From positions 6,076-70,075 of the IMG/VR virus record IMGVR_UViG_3300028603_000039: DNA of 64,000 bases; one strand, 5' to 3'. Shown one piece after another: positions 30,541 through 40,227 of this stretch (position 1 is the stretch's first letter; each line of letters opens with the position of its first letter). A model generated the notes under the pieces. That model ran no database searches and had not been told where the DNA came from. It saw only the letters and a program-made list of their open reading frames with translations. The DNA comes from a virus. Taxonomy: Duplodnaviria; Caudoviricetes. Made by a program: the position numbers and the translations under genes.

Positions 30541-31626
30541 ATGACAACATTTAACTTGCCTAATGATCACCGACCGTATGCAGATAAGTACTTCCTGCGA
30601 TCGAAGGAAATACTTGAAAAGGAAGAGCTTAACCCTGTAGTTAAGTTGCAAGTCTTTGTTCGTAAGGGTATTTGCCAAATCTTTGGTATTGAAGAGGCGA
30701 TTGCTATACTTACGAAGTATTCAGATATAGAGAAGACTGGGCATGTTTATGCTCTCCCAGAGGGTGCGCCTATAGGCAATTGTGAAACTGTAATGCTAAT
30801 AGAGGCACCAATTCAAAGTATTATTGATCTTGAAACTATGTACTTGGGCGTTATCAGTGCTGAAACAACACTAAGGAACGGGGGTAAAGACGTAAACCTT
30901 GCTTCTATAGAAGCAACTATGCAATCTATTGTTGATAAGGTACCAGGTCGTCCAGTAATGTACTTTGGTGCTAGACACTGGCGGTATGATAGGGATATGG
31001 AAATAGCAGAGGCTTGCTTTAAAGGTGGAGCAAGCGATTGTTCTACTGATGCTGGTGCGGCTAATGTGTCCAAGCTCGGCGTTGGTACGATACCGCATGC
31101 ATTGGAGGCTGTTTATCATTGGAAATGCGGTATTGATCATGCAGTTATGGGATCGGTTTTGGCATTTAATAAATACATAGATAAGGACGTACCGCGCATT
31201 GCTTTGGTGGATTATGCTAATAAAGAGGTTTTAGATTCATTGGCTGTTGCTATTGAACTTGATGGAGAGTGCGGTATTAGGATAGATACATGCGGTGAAA
31301 ATTGGATGGAGGGTGTATTGCCTGCCTCTGATGCTGACAGAGGTGTATCCGAACGCGGTGTTTGGTTGGTACGCAAAATATTAAACGATGCTGGGTTTAA
31401 CGGCGTTAAAATAGTTCTATCTAGCGGATTTGCTAACCCCGATAAGGTAGAGAGGTTTGTTAAATTCGAACAAGAAACTGGAATGAAAATGTTTGATAGT
31501 TTAGGTGTAGGTCAGGTATTTGAGGCACGGTGTGCTACCGGGGATATTGTAGAGGTAGAAGGCATGGAAGTTCACAAAATTGGCAGACCTTATAAATCGA
31601 ATCACAGAATGGTACAGGTGTTTTGA
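30541..31626 (+). CDS. pncB: Nicotinate phosphoribosyltransferase-like (type II PRTase)
   Basis: DKYF, FGARH, GTIPHAL, LVDY, GIRIDT, IVLSSGF. Confidence 0.72.
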   Translation: MTTFNLPNDHRPYADKYFLRSKEILEKEELNPVVKLQVFVRKGICQIFGIEEAIAILTKYSDIEKTGHVYALPEGAPIGNCETVMLIEAPIQSIIDLETMYLGVISAETTLRNGGKDVNLASIEATMQSIVDKVPGRPVMYFGARHWRYDRDMEIAEACFKGGASDCSTDAGAANVSKLGVGTIPHALEAVYHWKCGIDHAVMGSVLAFNKYIDKDVPRIALVDYANKEVLDSLAVAIELDGECGIRIDTCGENWMEGVLPASDADRGVSERGVWLVRKILNDAGFNGVKIVLSSGFANPDKVERFVKFEQETGMKMFDSLGVGQVFEARCATGDIVEVEGMEVHKIGRPYKSNHRMVQVF

Positions 31627-31997
31627 TGGAAATTGTATGTATGCTAGAATGGTTCTTTGTTTTCGTATTTGGTCATTGTTTGGCCGATACAGCATTGCAA
31701 CCTGTTGCCATGGCAAAAGGTAAGAACAGACACACCCCTATTGACTTAAGTGTAGTCCCTAAAGGTCAAAAACCGTTGAAGCTTTGGGGTATGTGGATGA
31801 CTCACCACTCTATGATTCACGGTGGCGTAGTTTATTTGCTTACTGGAAGCTTTTTGTTTGGTGTAATGGAGGCAACAAGCCACTGGGCAATTGACTTCTT
31901 TAAGAGTGAGAGCAAGTACGACCCCTATGTAGATCAGGCCTTGCATTTAGGGATGAAGATAGTGTATATATCTATGATAGCTTGTGGTATAAAGTAA
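31623..31997 (+). CDS. DUF3307-like membrane protein (second copy)
   Basis: HCLADTALQ, HSMIH, HWAIDF.K, DQALH. Confidence 0.7.
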   Translation: MMEIVCMLEWFFVFVFGHCLADTALQPVAMAKGKNRHTPIDLSVVPKGQKPLKLWGMWMTHHSMIHGGVVYLLTGSFLFGVMEATSHWAIDFFKSESKYDPYVDQALHLGMKIVYISMIACGIK

Positions 31998-32007
31998 GGA
32001 GGGTACT

Positions 32008-32284
32008 GATGGTTAAAAAGTTGGTGTTGTTTTTGTTACTTAAAATCGCGGAAATTTTTGTTTTTGTTACGATGCCTTATTATATTGGAGAGCTATCGGG
32101 CATAGGTGGGGATCTAAACAATGTTTTTGTTTGTTGGTTGGCAGGGGCGTTTGTGTTAGTTGTATTGATGGTTGCATTAGTATGTATGTTAGGTGTTATT
32201 TACTTTATTTTGCGGTGGATAAACTTTAACTGGAAAATAGTTAATGGTGGTAAGGGCATTACTTGGATAGATAACATTATTTAA
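32008..32284 (+). CDS. Small membrane protein
   Basis: Hydrophobic helices; ATG after GGAGG. Confidence 0.55.
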
Positions 32285-32291
32285 TAAATAC

Positions 32292-32321
32292 TTGACAAAC
32301 CTAGGTTTTATGTGGTATAAT
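32292..32321 (+). promoter_or_regulatory. sigma70-type promoter heading the radical SAM operon
   Basis: TTGACA-N18-TATAAT with TGTGG. Confidence 0.85.
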
Positions 32322-32346
32322 GGTAGTACAATAGGGAGGTGACGAG

Positions 32347-33423
32347 ATGGCAAAAGGTACAACAGCTTTTATAATAGATTCAGAGAACCATAAGGTGCTG
32401 AGATCTGCAAATTACAATTATATGTTTGATCGTAAAACTGGAAACTTTGCAAGGTGGGGCAAGACAAGAGAGGACGATCCGCAGTTTGGTCCCTTTGGTC
32501 CAGAACTTATGGATATCGAAATAAGTACTATATGTAAAAAGGCTTGTAAGTGGTGTTATAAGTCCAATACATCGAAAGGTACTTATATGAGCTTTGATAC
32601 GTTTAAGAAGCTCTTTGCTAAATTTCCTAAGACGCTTACTCAAATAGCCTTTGGTATAGGTGACATCCGCGGCAACCCAGATATATGGAAGATTATGCAA
32701 TACTGCAGGGATAATAAGATTGTGCCTAATGTTACTATAAATGGTGATGGTATAACTAAGTCTATTGCCAAGAAGTTAGTTAGCGTTTGTGGAGCCATTG
32801 CAGTTTCCGATTATGGTGAAGTTTGCTATAAGACAGTAAAGCAGTTAACTGACCTTGGGCATACCCAAATAAATATTCACGCCTTGCTCTGCAATGAAAC
32901 ATATGACAATTGCTTTAAGCTTATCGATGACAGCATTTCTGATAAAAGGTTGGAAAAGTTGAATGCGATGGTTTTCTTGTGGCTTAAGCCCAAAGGCAAA
33001 CGCAATGTGTTTACTCCTATTAAGTCATTAGCAAAGTACAAGGCTTTAGTTGACTACGCCTTTTTAAATAAAGCACGTATTGGGTTTGATTCGTGTTCGG
33101 CGTCGTCCTTCCTAAAGACAATTGAAGATAGAGTAGACTATAAGCAAATAGCACAGATGGTTGAGCCGTGTGAAAGTACATTGTTTAGCTATTATATCAA
33201 TGTAGACGGGGTTGGTTATCCTTGTAGCTTTACTGAGGGCGAAGATGGGTTTAAAGGTATAAACGTCCTCAGATGTAAAGATTTTGTAAAGGGCGTATGG
33301 TATAACAAGGAAACTGTAAAGTTCAGGGCGCGGAATTGCAAGAATTGTAGGCAGTGCCAGGCATTTGACTTATCAGTAGAGGAGGATATTAAAGGTGAAG
33401 ACAAGGTCAGGGTTTGTAAGTAA
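32347..33423 (+). CDS. Radical SAM protein with C-terminal SPASM/twitch-like Cys domain
   Basis: CKKACKWC (CxxxCxxC); C-terminal CES...YINVDG..YPCSF...CKNCRQC. Confidence 0.88.
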   Translation: MAKGTTAFIIDSENHKVLRSANYNYMFDRKTGNFARWGKTREDDPQFGPFGPELMDIEISTICKKACKWCYKSNTSKGTYMSFDTFKKLFAKFPKTLTQIAFGIGDIRGNPDIWKIMQYCRDNKIVPNVTINGDGITKSIAKKLVSVCGAIAVSDYGEVCYKTVKQLTDLGHTQINIHALLCNETYDNCFKLIDDSISDKRLEKLNAMVFLWLKPKGKRNVFTPIKSLAKYKALVDYAFLNKARIGFDSCSASSFLKTIEDRVDYKQIAQMVEPCESTLFSYYINVDGVGYPCSFTEGEDGFKGINVLRCKDFVKGVWYNKETVKFRARNCKNCRQCQAFDLSVEEDIKGEDKVRVCK

Positions 33424-33718
33424 TTCATCTAGCGCCTCCTTTGTACTAGAGATACGTAAGCCGAGGGCAGAGGTGGAAGAACTTTTAAAAAGAGAGTTGC
33501 CAGATATCTTTGATTGCAGCAATTCAGTACAACAGGTTTTAGAATACTACGGTTATCGTGTTGGCACAAATGAATTTAGTGATTATACGATAAGCGGTTG
33601 GACTGTGATGTGGAATGACGATAGTGATATGGGTAGCGTTCTACAATCTATTGTAGGGCTTTTGAATACAAAATACAGGACTACTGTACCGCACAGATTG
33701 TTAATATACAACGATTAA
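33395..33718 (+). CDS. MKxRxGFVSNSS-family protein 1
   Basis: GTG start, MKTRSGFVSNSSSASF; overlaps the radical SAM 3' end. Confidence 0.8.
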   Translation: MKTRSGFVSNSSSASFVLEIRKPRAEVEELLKRELPDIFDCSNSVQQVLEYYGYRVGTNEFSDYTISGWTVMWNDDSDMGSVLQSIVGLLNTKYRTTVPHRLLIYND

Positions 33719-33730
33719 TTGAGGAGGATC

Positions 33731-34090
33731 ATGAAAACTAGGCAGGGTTTTGTATCAAATAGTTCAAGCAGTAGTTTCGTGTGCAATGTATACTCGGATC
33801 ACTTTAAGGTTACAGAGATGGGCGAGGTAAAGAAATGCCTTGTTAAGATGTTAAAATGCATGAAGATACTTGGGTTGATACGTCCTCGTACTAGGTTCTC
33901 AAGCGTGTTTCAAGAACCGAGGAGGGCAACCAAGGCGGATATAGCAGAACTGAATGACGGATGGGGTGCTGGGTTGGAGTATCACGAAGGCATGTTTCTT
34001 ATAAATAGTACTAGGGACAATTCCATACCTTATGCGTTCTTTGGTGTAATAGAAGACGCATTTGGTGCTCGTAGAGTACACCTAGGATAA
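33731..34090 (+). CDS. MKxRxGFVSNSS-family protein 2
   Basis: MKTRQGFVSNSSSSSF after GAGGAGG. Confidence 0.8.
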   Translation: MKTRQGFVSNSSSSSFVCNVYSDHFKVTEMGEVKKCLVKMLKCMKILGLIRPRTRFSSVFQEPRRATKADIAELNDGWGAGLEYHEGMFLINSTRDNSIPYAFFGVIEDAFGARRVHLG

Positions 34091-34105
34091 CGATCAGGAG
34101 GGACA

Positions 34106-34381
34106 ATGAAAATACGTATAGGGTTTGTATCGAATAGCAGTTCTAGTAGTTTTGTTATTCATAAATCTTATTTGAGCAAGAAACAACTTGATGAGCTAGA
34201 GGCTTTGTATACAAGGCTTGCTGATAACAAAGAATTGTATGATGATAGTGGAACGTACTTTACAAATGAAGAGAACTACGTAAGCTTTAATGCCTACGGA
34301 GGAAGCGGATACAAGGAACTTATAAGTTTTCTTGATAAAATAGGGATAACAGGTAACAAAATATACAGGGAGGGTCACTAA
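34106..34381 (+). CDS. MKxRxGFVSNSS-family protein 3
   Basis: MKIRIGFVSNSSSSSF. Confidence 0.8.
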   Translation: MKIRIGFVSNSSSSSFVIHKSYLSKKQLDELEALYTRLADNKELYDDSGTYFTNEENYVSFNAYGGSGYKELISFLDKIGITGNKIYREGH

Positions 34382-34749
34382 TGAAGATTAGACAAGGCTT
34401 TGTATCAAACAGTTCGTCAAGTAGTTATATCATTGTAGGTAGTAAGGTACCATTTAGCAGTGTAAACCCCAATAACTTTAAGTCTATTAAAATGATTCCC
34501 GAGCAAACAAGTGACGATGGGTATTATTTTGTGGATATGACCAAAGAGATCTACGATTACATCAAAGCCAACCCCGGTGTGGTGCGGTCTATCGACTTTT
34601 ACGACGTTGTAGCAGTTGGTGAGGAGGAACTGTCTATTGATAGGAGTAAACTTCCTAGCAAGGTACACATATTTGCTGCGGACGTTACCTATCATAATCC
34701 AGAAACGCTTGAGGATTTTAAGGAGATTGTAGAGGGAGGTATAGAGTAA
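34381..34749 (+). CDS. MKxRxGFVSNSS-family protein 4
   Basis: MKIRQGFVSNSSSSSY; TAATG overlap. Confidence 0.8.
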   Translation: MKIRQGFVSNSSSSSYIIVGSKVPFSSVNPNNFKSIKMIPEQTSDDGYYFVDMTKEIYDYIKANPGVVRSIDFYDVVAVGEEELSIDRSKLPSKVHIFAADVTYHNPETLEDFKEIVEGGIE

Positions 34750-35102
34750 TGAAAACGCGTATAGGGTTTGTTAGCAATTCAAGCACTACTAGTTTTTGCA
34801 TTTACGGAGCTTTTATTGACGGAGAGGATCAATATAAGGCGATGTGTAAGAGCTGTGGTATGGAGTACGATGCGGATACCTTTGAACTTTATGATATAAT
34901 AGATGATATATGTGAAAAAGTTGGGTTAACCTACCATATGGGGTATGATAGTGATGGAGTTTATATAGGAAAAGGCATGGAGCAGATGAAGGATAACGAA
35001 ACGTACGGTGCCTTTAAGAAGAACGTGCAAGATGCCTTAGAGAAGCTCCTTGGTGGCAAAGTTGAATGTAGTGTTATGCAGGAATCTTGGCAGGATGGTT
35101 AA
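34749..35102 (+). CDS. MKxRxGFVSNSS-family protein 5
   Basis: MKTRIGFVSNSSTTSF; TAATG overlap. Confidence 0.8.
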   Translation: MKTRIGFVSNSSTTSFCIYGAFIDGEDQYKAMCKSCGMEYDADTFELYDIIDDICEKVGLTYHMGYDSDGVYIGKGMEQMKDNETYGAFKKNVQDALEKLLGGKVECSVMQESWQDG

Positions 35103-35164
35103 TGGTTTAGCATAGGTTGCAATTAACGCGTGTTACGACAACTGTACAATGAGAGGAATTACAG

Positions 35165-35572
35165 ATGAACGCCAGAGTAGCGATGGCTCTTGACTTAGCA
35201 AGGTTTTGGCATCATGGTCAGAAGAGGGATGACGGTAGGGATTATATTGTTCATCTAGAAAACGTGCAACACTTGCTTGAATTGGTTGATGCTCCTTTGT
35301 ATGTGCAAATTGCTGGATGCTTGCACGACGTGCTTGAGGATACAGAATTTCCCAAACGCTCTGTAGCTAGGCAGTTTGGTAGTAGGGTGTTGGACTTAGT
35401 AATGCAGGTGACAAAGGAGCCAGTTACTGGCAAGTGTCCGGTGCGCGATTCAGAGGCTTGGCTAATAAAGTTGTGTGATGTAGCAGATAACTGTACTGAT
35501 ATGGGCGGTTGGTCTGAGCCGAGGTTGCGTAAGTATATAAAGAAAAAGAGGGACTTTTTAGGGTTGAAATGA
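35165..35572 (+). CDS. SpoT/Mesh1-like HD hydrolase (stand-alone)
   Basis: H.GQKR.DG..YI.H, LHDVLEDT, IKL.D..DN. Confidence 0.8.
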   Translation: MNARVAMALDLARFWHHGQKRDDGRDYIVHLENVQHLLELVDAPLYVQIAGCLHDVLEDTEFPKRSVARQFGSRVLDLVMQVTKEPVTGKCPVRDSEAWLIKLCDVADNCTDMGGWSEPRLRKYIKKKRDFLGLK

Positions 35573-36240
35573 CAAACAGGGACTATATTTTAAAAATAAG
35601 TGCTTTAAGTAAGCAGAGGCGGATTAAGAAAATTCTGTCCTGCATTACTAGAGACTACAAAATACAAACCGTCAGTCCATCGAGTCGGTCATTTCATACA
35701 TCGACTAAGCTTACAAACATTATAATCCCTGCTAAAGACCAGAAGAACAAGTTAACGCTTATGGCTCATCATGATGTTTATCCAAACTCGTATGGTTTTA
35801 ATGATAATAGTACTGGTGTTGTTACCTTACTAAGGTTGCAACGCGCTGTGCACGATAACGTAGAATTAGTATTTACAGATGGTGAGGAGTGTGGAGGTCA
35901 GGGTTGCCGGTACTACTTAGAAAACTATCCAAAACCAAAGGAGGCTATCAATGTAGATGTAGTTGGTTTAGGCAATAAGATCTTTTATGAGATGTACGGC
36001 GATTGCAGTTTTGTTATGCCACCGCATACGACAATGTATCAAGGAGTGCCGTTTAGTGATAGTTATGTCTTGGCTGATTATGGAGTACCGAACATACTGT
36101 TGCTTACTGGAAAGCACAGGAGTACTTTGATTGAAGATATTTTCCATGCAGAGCACTGCGGCAAGGATGACGGTAAGTTAGATTTGATCTCTGAGAATAT
36201 AATGAATGCAGTATCTGATGTGTTACTTGGGATGGTTTAA
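35569..36240 (+). CDS. M28-like zinc peptidase
   Basis: AHHD, NDNSTG, DGEE, VD, SD. Confidence 0.7.
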   Translation: MTNRDYILKISALSKQRRIKKILSCITRDYKIQTVSPSSRSFHTSTKLTNIIIPAKDQKNKLTLMAHHDVYPNSYGFNDNSTGVVTLLRLQRAVHDNVELVFTDGEECGGQGCRYYLENYPKPKEAINVDVVGLGNKIFYEMYGDCSFVMPPHTTMYQGVPFSDSYVLADYGVPNILLLTGKHRSTLIEDIFHAEHCGKDDGKLDLISENIMNAVSDVLLGMV

Positions 36241-36260
36241 CAAATAAAGGAGATGGCGAG

Positions 36261-36899
36261 ATGCGTACTATTTTTTGGAATGTAGATACCCAGATAGACT
36301 TTATGTTGCCGTATGGTGCCTTGTATATAAAAGGTGCAGAGTTGTTGATACCGAACTTGAAGAAGCTTACGGATTTTGCCAAAAAGCACAATATAGATGT
36401 TGTTAATACTGCAGATTACCACATGTCGAACTCATCTGAGATATCGTCTAGTCCAGATTGGAAAACTACCTTCCCAGCTCACTGCTTAGCTGGGTCAGAG
36501 AACAGCGAGTTTGTTGATGCAACTGCCCCTCAGAAACAAAAAAGGGAGAGTTATTATATAGTTAACTGGTCGGATAAGGATATCAACAAACCAAACTTGC
36601 TTAAGGCAAGGAATATAATTATATACAAAGACAAGTTCAATGTCTTTGACGGCAATCCGCATACGTGGGATGTAGTAAACTTGCTCAAGCCCAACACTAT
36701 AGTTGTATATGGTGTAGCTGGCGATGTTTGCGTTGACTTTGCTGTTATGGAACTAGCAAGGAAGAACTACACTGTCTTTGTAATAAAAGATGCTATCCAA
36801 CTGTTAAACAATGCTGGATGGAACGCCCTTAAAGATAAATGGGAGACTAAGGGGGTACGGTTGGTAGACACTGATGAGCTCCCTTTAGTAATTAAGTAA
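36261..36899 (+). CDS. pncA: Nicotinamidase/isochorismatase family
   Basis: VDTQIDFM, D.H, FPAHC, K..F, GVAGDVCV. Confidence 0.85.
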   Translation: MRTIFWNVDTQIDFMLPYGALYIKGAELLIPNLKKLTDFAKKHNIDVVNTADYHMSNSSEISSSPDWKTTFPAHCLAGSENSEFVDATAPQKQKRESYYIVNWSDKDINKPNLLKARNIIIYKDKFNVFDGNPHTWDVVNLLKPNTIVVYGVAGDVCVDFAVMELARKNYTVFVIKDAIQLLNNAGWNALKDKWETKGVRLVDTDELPLVIK

Positions 36900-36904
36900 T
36901 ATAC

Positions 36905-36934
36905 TTGACAAACTTATATTCTGTGTGGTATAAT
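36905..36934 (+). promoter_or_regulatory. sigma70-type promoter
   Basis: TTGACA-N18-TATAAT with TGTGG. Confidence 0.85.
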
Positions 36935-36959
36935 GGTTGTATAACAAGGAGATGACGAG

Positions 36960-38231
36960 ATGAAAGGTGTTTTTAATGTAAGCACACTTAAAGTTCCAGT
37001 TAAACTGTGGATAGAGTGGGAAGATCATTTTGAATATCCAAATGGAGATTTGGAATTCGTTTATGGTATAGAGGAATCGGCAAGGAGCCAAATAGTACGC
37101 CTTGCGTGCCTGCCTTTTGCCTTTCATCACGTAGCTATTATGCCTGATTGTCATACAGGGTATGGAATGCCTATTGGCGGAGTTTTGGCAACCGAAGGAG
37201 TTGTTATACCTAACGCCGTCGGAGTTGATATAGGTTGTGGTATGTGTGCTGTAAAGACCTCATTAAAAGTCGATCAACTCGATAAGGGTACCTTGGAAAG
37301 GATAGTGGGCAAAATACGAGAGGTTATTCCTGTCGGGTTTGAACATCACAAGGAAGACCAACCTGAATCATTTATGCCAGAATATGGCGGTTTGACTGGC
37401 ATAAAGGACGGAGTAGTTATTAAAGAATACAAGTCAGCGTTGCGCCAACTCGGCACTCTTGGTGGAGGCAACCACTTTATCGAGATACAGAAAGATACCA
37501 ATAACAACATATGGATAATGATTCATTCAGGTTCACGTAATCTCGGCTTTAAGGTTGCTGAACACTATAACTTGCTGGCTTATAATCTTAACAAGAGGTG
37601 GCATTCAAACACTTATTTGCCAACAAATCCAAAAGATTCATTGGCGTTCCTGCCTATTGAGAGCCAAGAAGCGAAGGACTATATGACAGAGATGAGGTAT
37701 TGCGTGGACTTTGCTTTGGCAAATAGGAAGCTGATGATGGATAGAATTATACAAATTCTTGTGCACGAAAATTTGTTTTACCAAAATTTCAATGGGTTAC
37801 AAGATACAAGGAATTCGTTCATTAACATAGCCCACAACTACGCCCAATGGGAGAATCACTTCGGTAAGAACGTTATTGTCCATCGCAAAGGTGCCACGTT
37901 GGCAAGGGAAGGTACGATGGGAATAATCCCTGGCTCACAAGGAAGTAGGTCCTATATAGTCAAGGGTAGAGGAAACAAAGACAGTTTCGAGTCTTGTTCA
38001 CACGGAGCAGGTAGAAAGATGGGAAGGAACGAGGCATGTAAGAAACTTGACTTGGCTACCGAGCAGAAGATACTTGACGATCAAGGCATAATACACGGAC
38101 TTTGCGATGTTGATAATCTTGATGAAGCAACGGGTGCGTATAAAGACATTGATGAAGTAATGAAGAACCAAGAAGATTTGGTTGAGATTGTAGAAACCTT
38201 GCATCCGCTAGCCGTAATCAAAGGGGGTTGA
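36960..38231 (+). CDS. rtcB: RtcB RNA ligase
   Basis: MPDCH.GYG.PIG, VGVDIGCG, GGGNHFIE, HSGSR, HN, HRKGA, SHGAGR, EA..AYKDI. Confidence 0.95.
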   Translation: MKGVFNVSTLKVPVKLWIEWEDHFEYPNGDLEFVYGIEESARSQIVRLACLPFAFHHVAIMPDCHTGYGMPIGGVLATEGVVIPNAVGVDIGCGMCAVKTSLKVDQLDKGTLERIVGKIREVIPVGFEHHKEDQPESFMPEYGGLTGIKDGVVIKEYKSALRQLGTLGGGNHFIEIQKDTNNNIWIMIHSGSRNLGFKVAEHYNLLAYNLNKRWHSNTYLPTNPKDSLAFLPIESQEAKDYMTEMRYCVDFALANRKLMMDRIIQILVHENLFYQNFNGLQDTRNSFINIAHNYAQWENHFGKNVIVHRKGATLAREGTMGIIPGSQGSRSYIVKGRGNKDSFESCSHGAGRKMGRNEACKKLDLATEQKILDDQGIIHGLCDVDNLDEATGAYKDIDEVMKNQEDLVEIVETLHPLAVIKGG

Positions 38232-38232
38232 A

Positions 38233-39142
38233 ATGCTTGAGTTGATTGAAGTTGGTCAACGCAAAAGTAAGGTTAGGCACTATGTTGATGCTAGTAGATA
38301 CACCTTTCTTTCAAGAGCAAAGTCTCTTTGCGGTATGTCGGGAGTAAAGTTGATTCAGTACAATGCTGCATATTTTAACTACAAACTAGTACACCCTAAA
38401 TTGTGCAAGAAGTGTCAGGGTGTTCTATTAAAACAAAAAGGGTGGGCGGGTGGAAAGGATTAACTACGGTAAAATAGTTGTTTTGGATAGAACTGAGAAG
38501 ATAAATGTCTTTGACTTAATGAAAGAGGATGCTGTAATTAGGAGGATCGGTAAAAGGGGATATAAGGTCATAAAAGATAGATATGGATATTTGCGGTTGA
38601 TAATGGATAGGAAAGACGACTGATGGCTAAGCTTATTTGGGTTTGTGATTTATCCGACTTTGCAAAGTCGGAAGGTGTACAACTCAATGAGTTAATGCTT
38701 TGTTGTATTGCTCAAGGGGTTACACGTTGGCTTGTGGTTGATAATTTAGTACTCTACGGAGAGTTATAACAACAAGGTCGAGGAATTAATGTCTAATTAT
38801 CTATGTTTTGATTTATCTAAGCAATTGCATCAATTAGGGTGGCGATTCCTTAACGCTGGGTGTTGGTGGGTGGCGTATGGTAATGACGGACCCTTTTTAA
38901 CATACCCGCCGTTGATAGGAGATGCTATTAAGGTTTGTGATGCGCCGTCTACTGATGATCTGTTGGAGTTTGTACCGCCTGTGTATGCTCAAATACGAAA
39001 GTACGATGGATATTATGTTATTAAGGGAACTAAAACATCAGATTCATTTAAATCCCCAAAACTGATAGAGGCAATTGCCAAGATGCTTGTATACCTTACC
39101 AACAAAGGCATTGTTAAACCAAGTGTCCAACCAAAAATATAA
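38233..39142 (+). other. Small hypothetical ORFs (38233-38463, 38789-39142 and shorter ones between)
   Basis: + strand ORFs with RBS. Confidence 0.5.
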
Positions 39143-39674
39143 AACCATTTTGGTCGATCCGCCTTGGCATACAAAGATGACTGGTTTGTATAAGACAAGG
39201 AACTTTAAGCCAGCTCAAGTGTGTTACTCGTTAATGACTAACGAGGAAATTAAGAAGTTGCCAGTGGGTGATTTAGCAAGTGTTGGTTGCCATTTGTGGC
39301 TTTGGACTACCAATTCCCACTTGCGCGTAGCTTTTGATGTTATGGAGGCTTGGGGATTTAAATACTTGGCTCCTATAACTTGGGTTAAACCATCTGGATG
39401 TGGTAACTATTTTATTCATAGAACGCAACATTTGCTATTTGGGTATAAGGATAAATGTCAGTTTAACCTGTCTAGATACAAGCCAAATGTTATATTTGCG
39501 CCTGTACCTAAAGTACATTCACGTAAACCAGAGGAGAGCTATCAGTTGATTGAAAGTATTTCAGAGAACCCACGCTTGGAGATGTTTGCTAGGCAAAAAC
39601 GCGAGGGTTGGGATGTTTGGGGTAATGAAGTAGATGGTGGTATAACTTTGTTTACGGAGGGTGCAAATGCCTGA
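39075..39674 (+). CDS. MT-A70-family adenine methyltransferase (start uncertain)
   Basis: DPPW, LWLWTTN, AWGF.Y...TWVK, HSRKP, LEMFAR..R.GWD.WGNE. Confidence 0.88.
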   Translation: MPRCLYTLPTKALLNQVSNQKYKTILVDPPWHTKMTGLYKTRNFKPAQVCYSLMTNEEIKKLPVGDLASVGCHLWLWTTNSHLRVAFDVMEAWGFKYLAPITWVKPSGCGNYFIHRTQHLLFGYKDKCQFNLSRYKPNVIFAPVPKVHSRKPEESYQLIESISENPRLEMFARQKREGWDVWGNEVDGGITLFTEGANA

Positions 39675-40137
39675 AGTTGTAATTTTAATTGGTAACATTG
39701 GATGCGGTAAGTCGACTTTAACCAAAGTTTTGTCTGGGCGATACGTAATCCTCTCTCGCGATTCATTTCGGTACGGTATAGGCGCTGGGCGGTACATCTT
39801 TAATCCAGTCTACGAGCCTGCTATTGTCAAAACGGCGGTTTTTATGTTTAAGGAGTTTTTGGAGTTAGGTTGTGATATAGTAGTAGATGAAGTTAATGTA
39901 TCTAAACAGTACAGACAGAAGTACATTTCCGAAGCTAAGGCAAAGGGTTATACTGTTACGGCTATTGTACTACCGCGCCTACCTAAGGAAGAGGCTGTAA
40001 ACAGGCGTATGTCCAACCCACATGATAGTAATACTAGGGAGCATTGGGAAGATGTTTGGGACAAGTTTGAAGCAAAGTACGAAATGCCTACGGAAGAAGA
40101 GGGGTTTGACAAAGTTATTGACTTTAGTGTTAAGTAA
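39661..40137 (+). CDS. P-loop kinase (polynucleotide-kinase/AAA_33-like)
   Basis: GNIGCGKST, S.D..R, VVDE.N....R. Confidence 0.75.
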   Translation: MQMPEVVILIGNIGCGKSTLTKVLSGRYVILSRDSFRYGIGAGRYIFNPVYEPAIVKTAVFMFKEFLELGCDIVVDEVNVSKQYRQKYISEAKAKGYTVTAIVLPRLPKEEAVNRRMSNPHDSNTREHWEDVWDKFEAKYEMPTEEEGFDKVIDFSVK

Positions 40138-40227
40138 TGTGGCTACCGAATTATTTGGGGCGGTATTAGAGCCCAAGGAAAATACTAGAAAAACCAAAGA
40201 AAATATGTTGAAAGGTATATACGCCAA

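Noticed and set aside
35165-35572. HD protein as DatZ dATPase
   Set aside because: Its motifs match SpoT/Mesh1-type HD hydrolases rather than the YfbR-like DatZ group, and it is far from the purZ-like gene.
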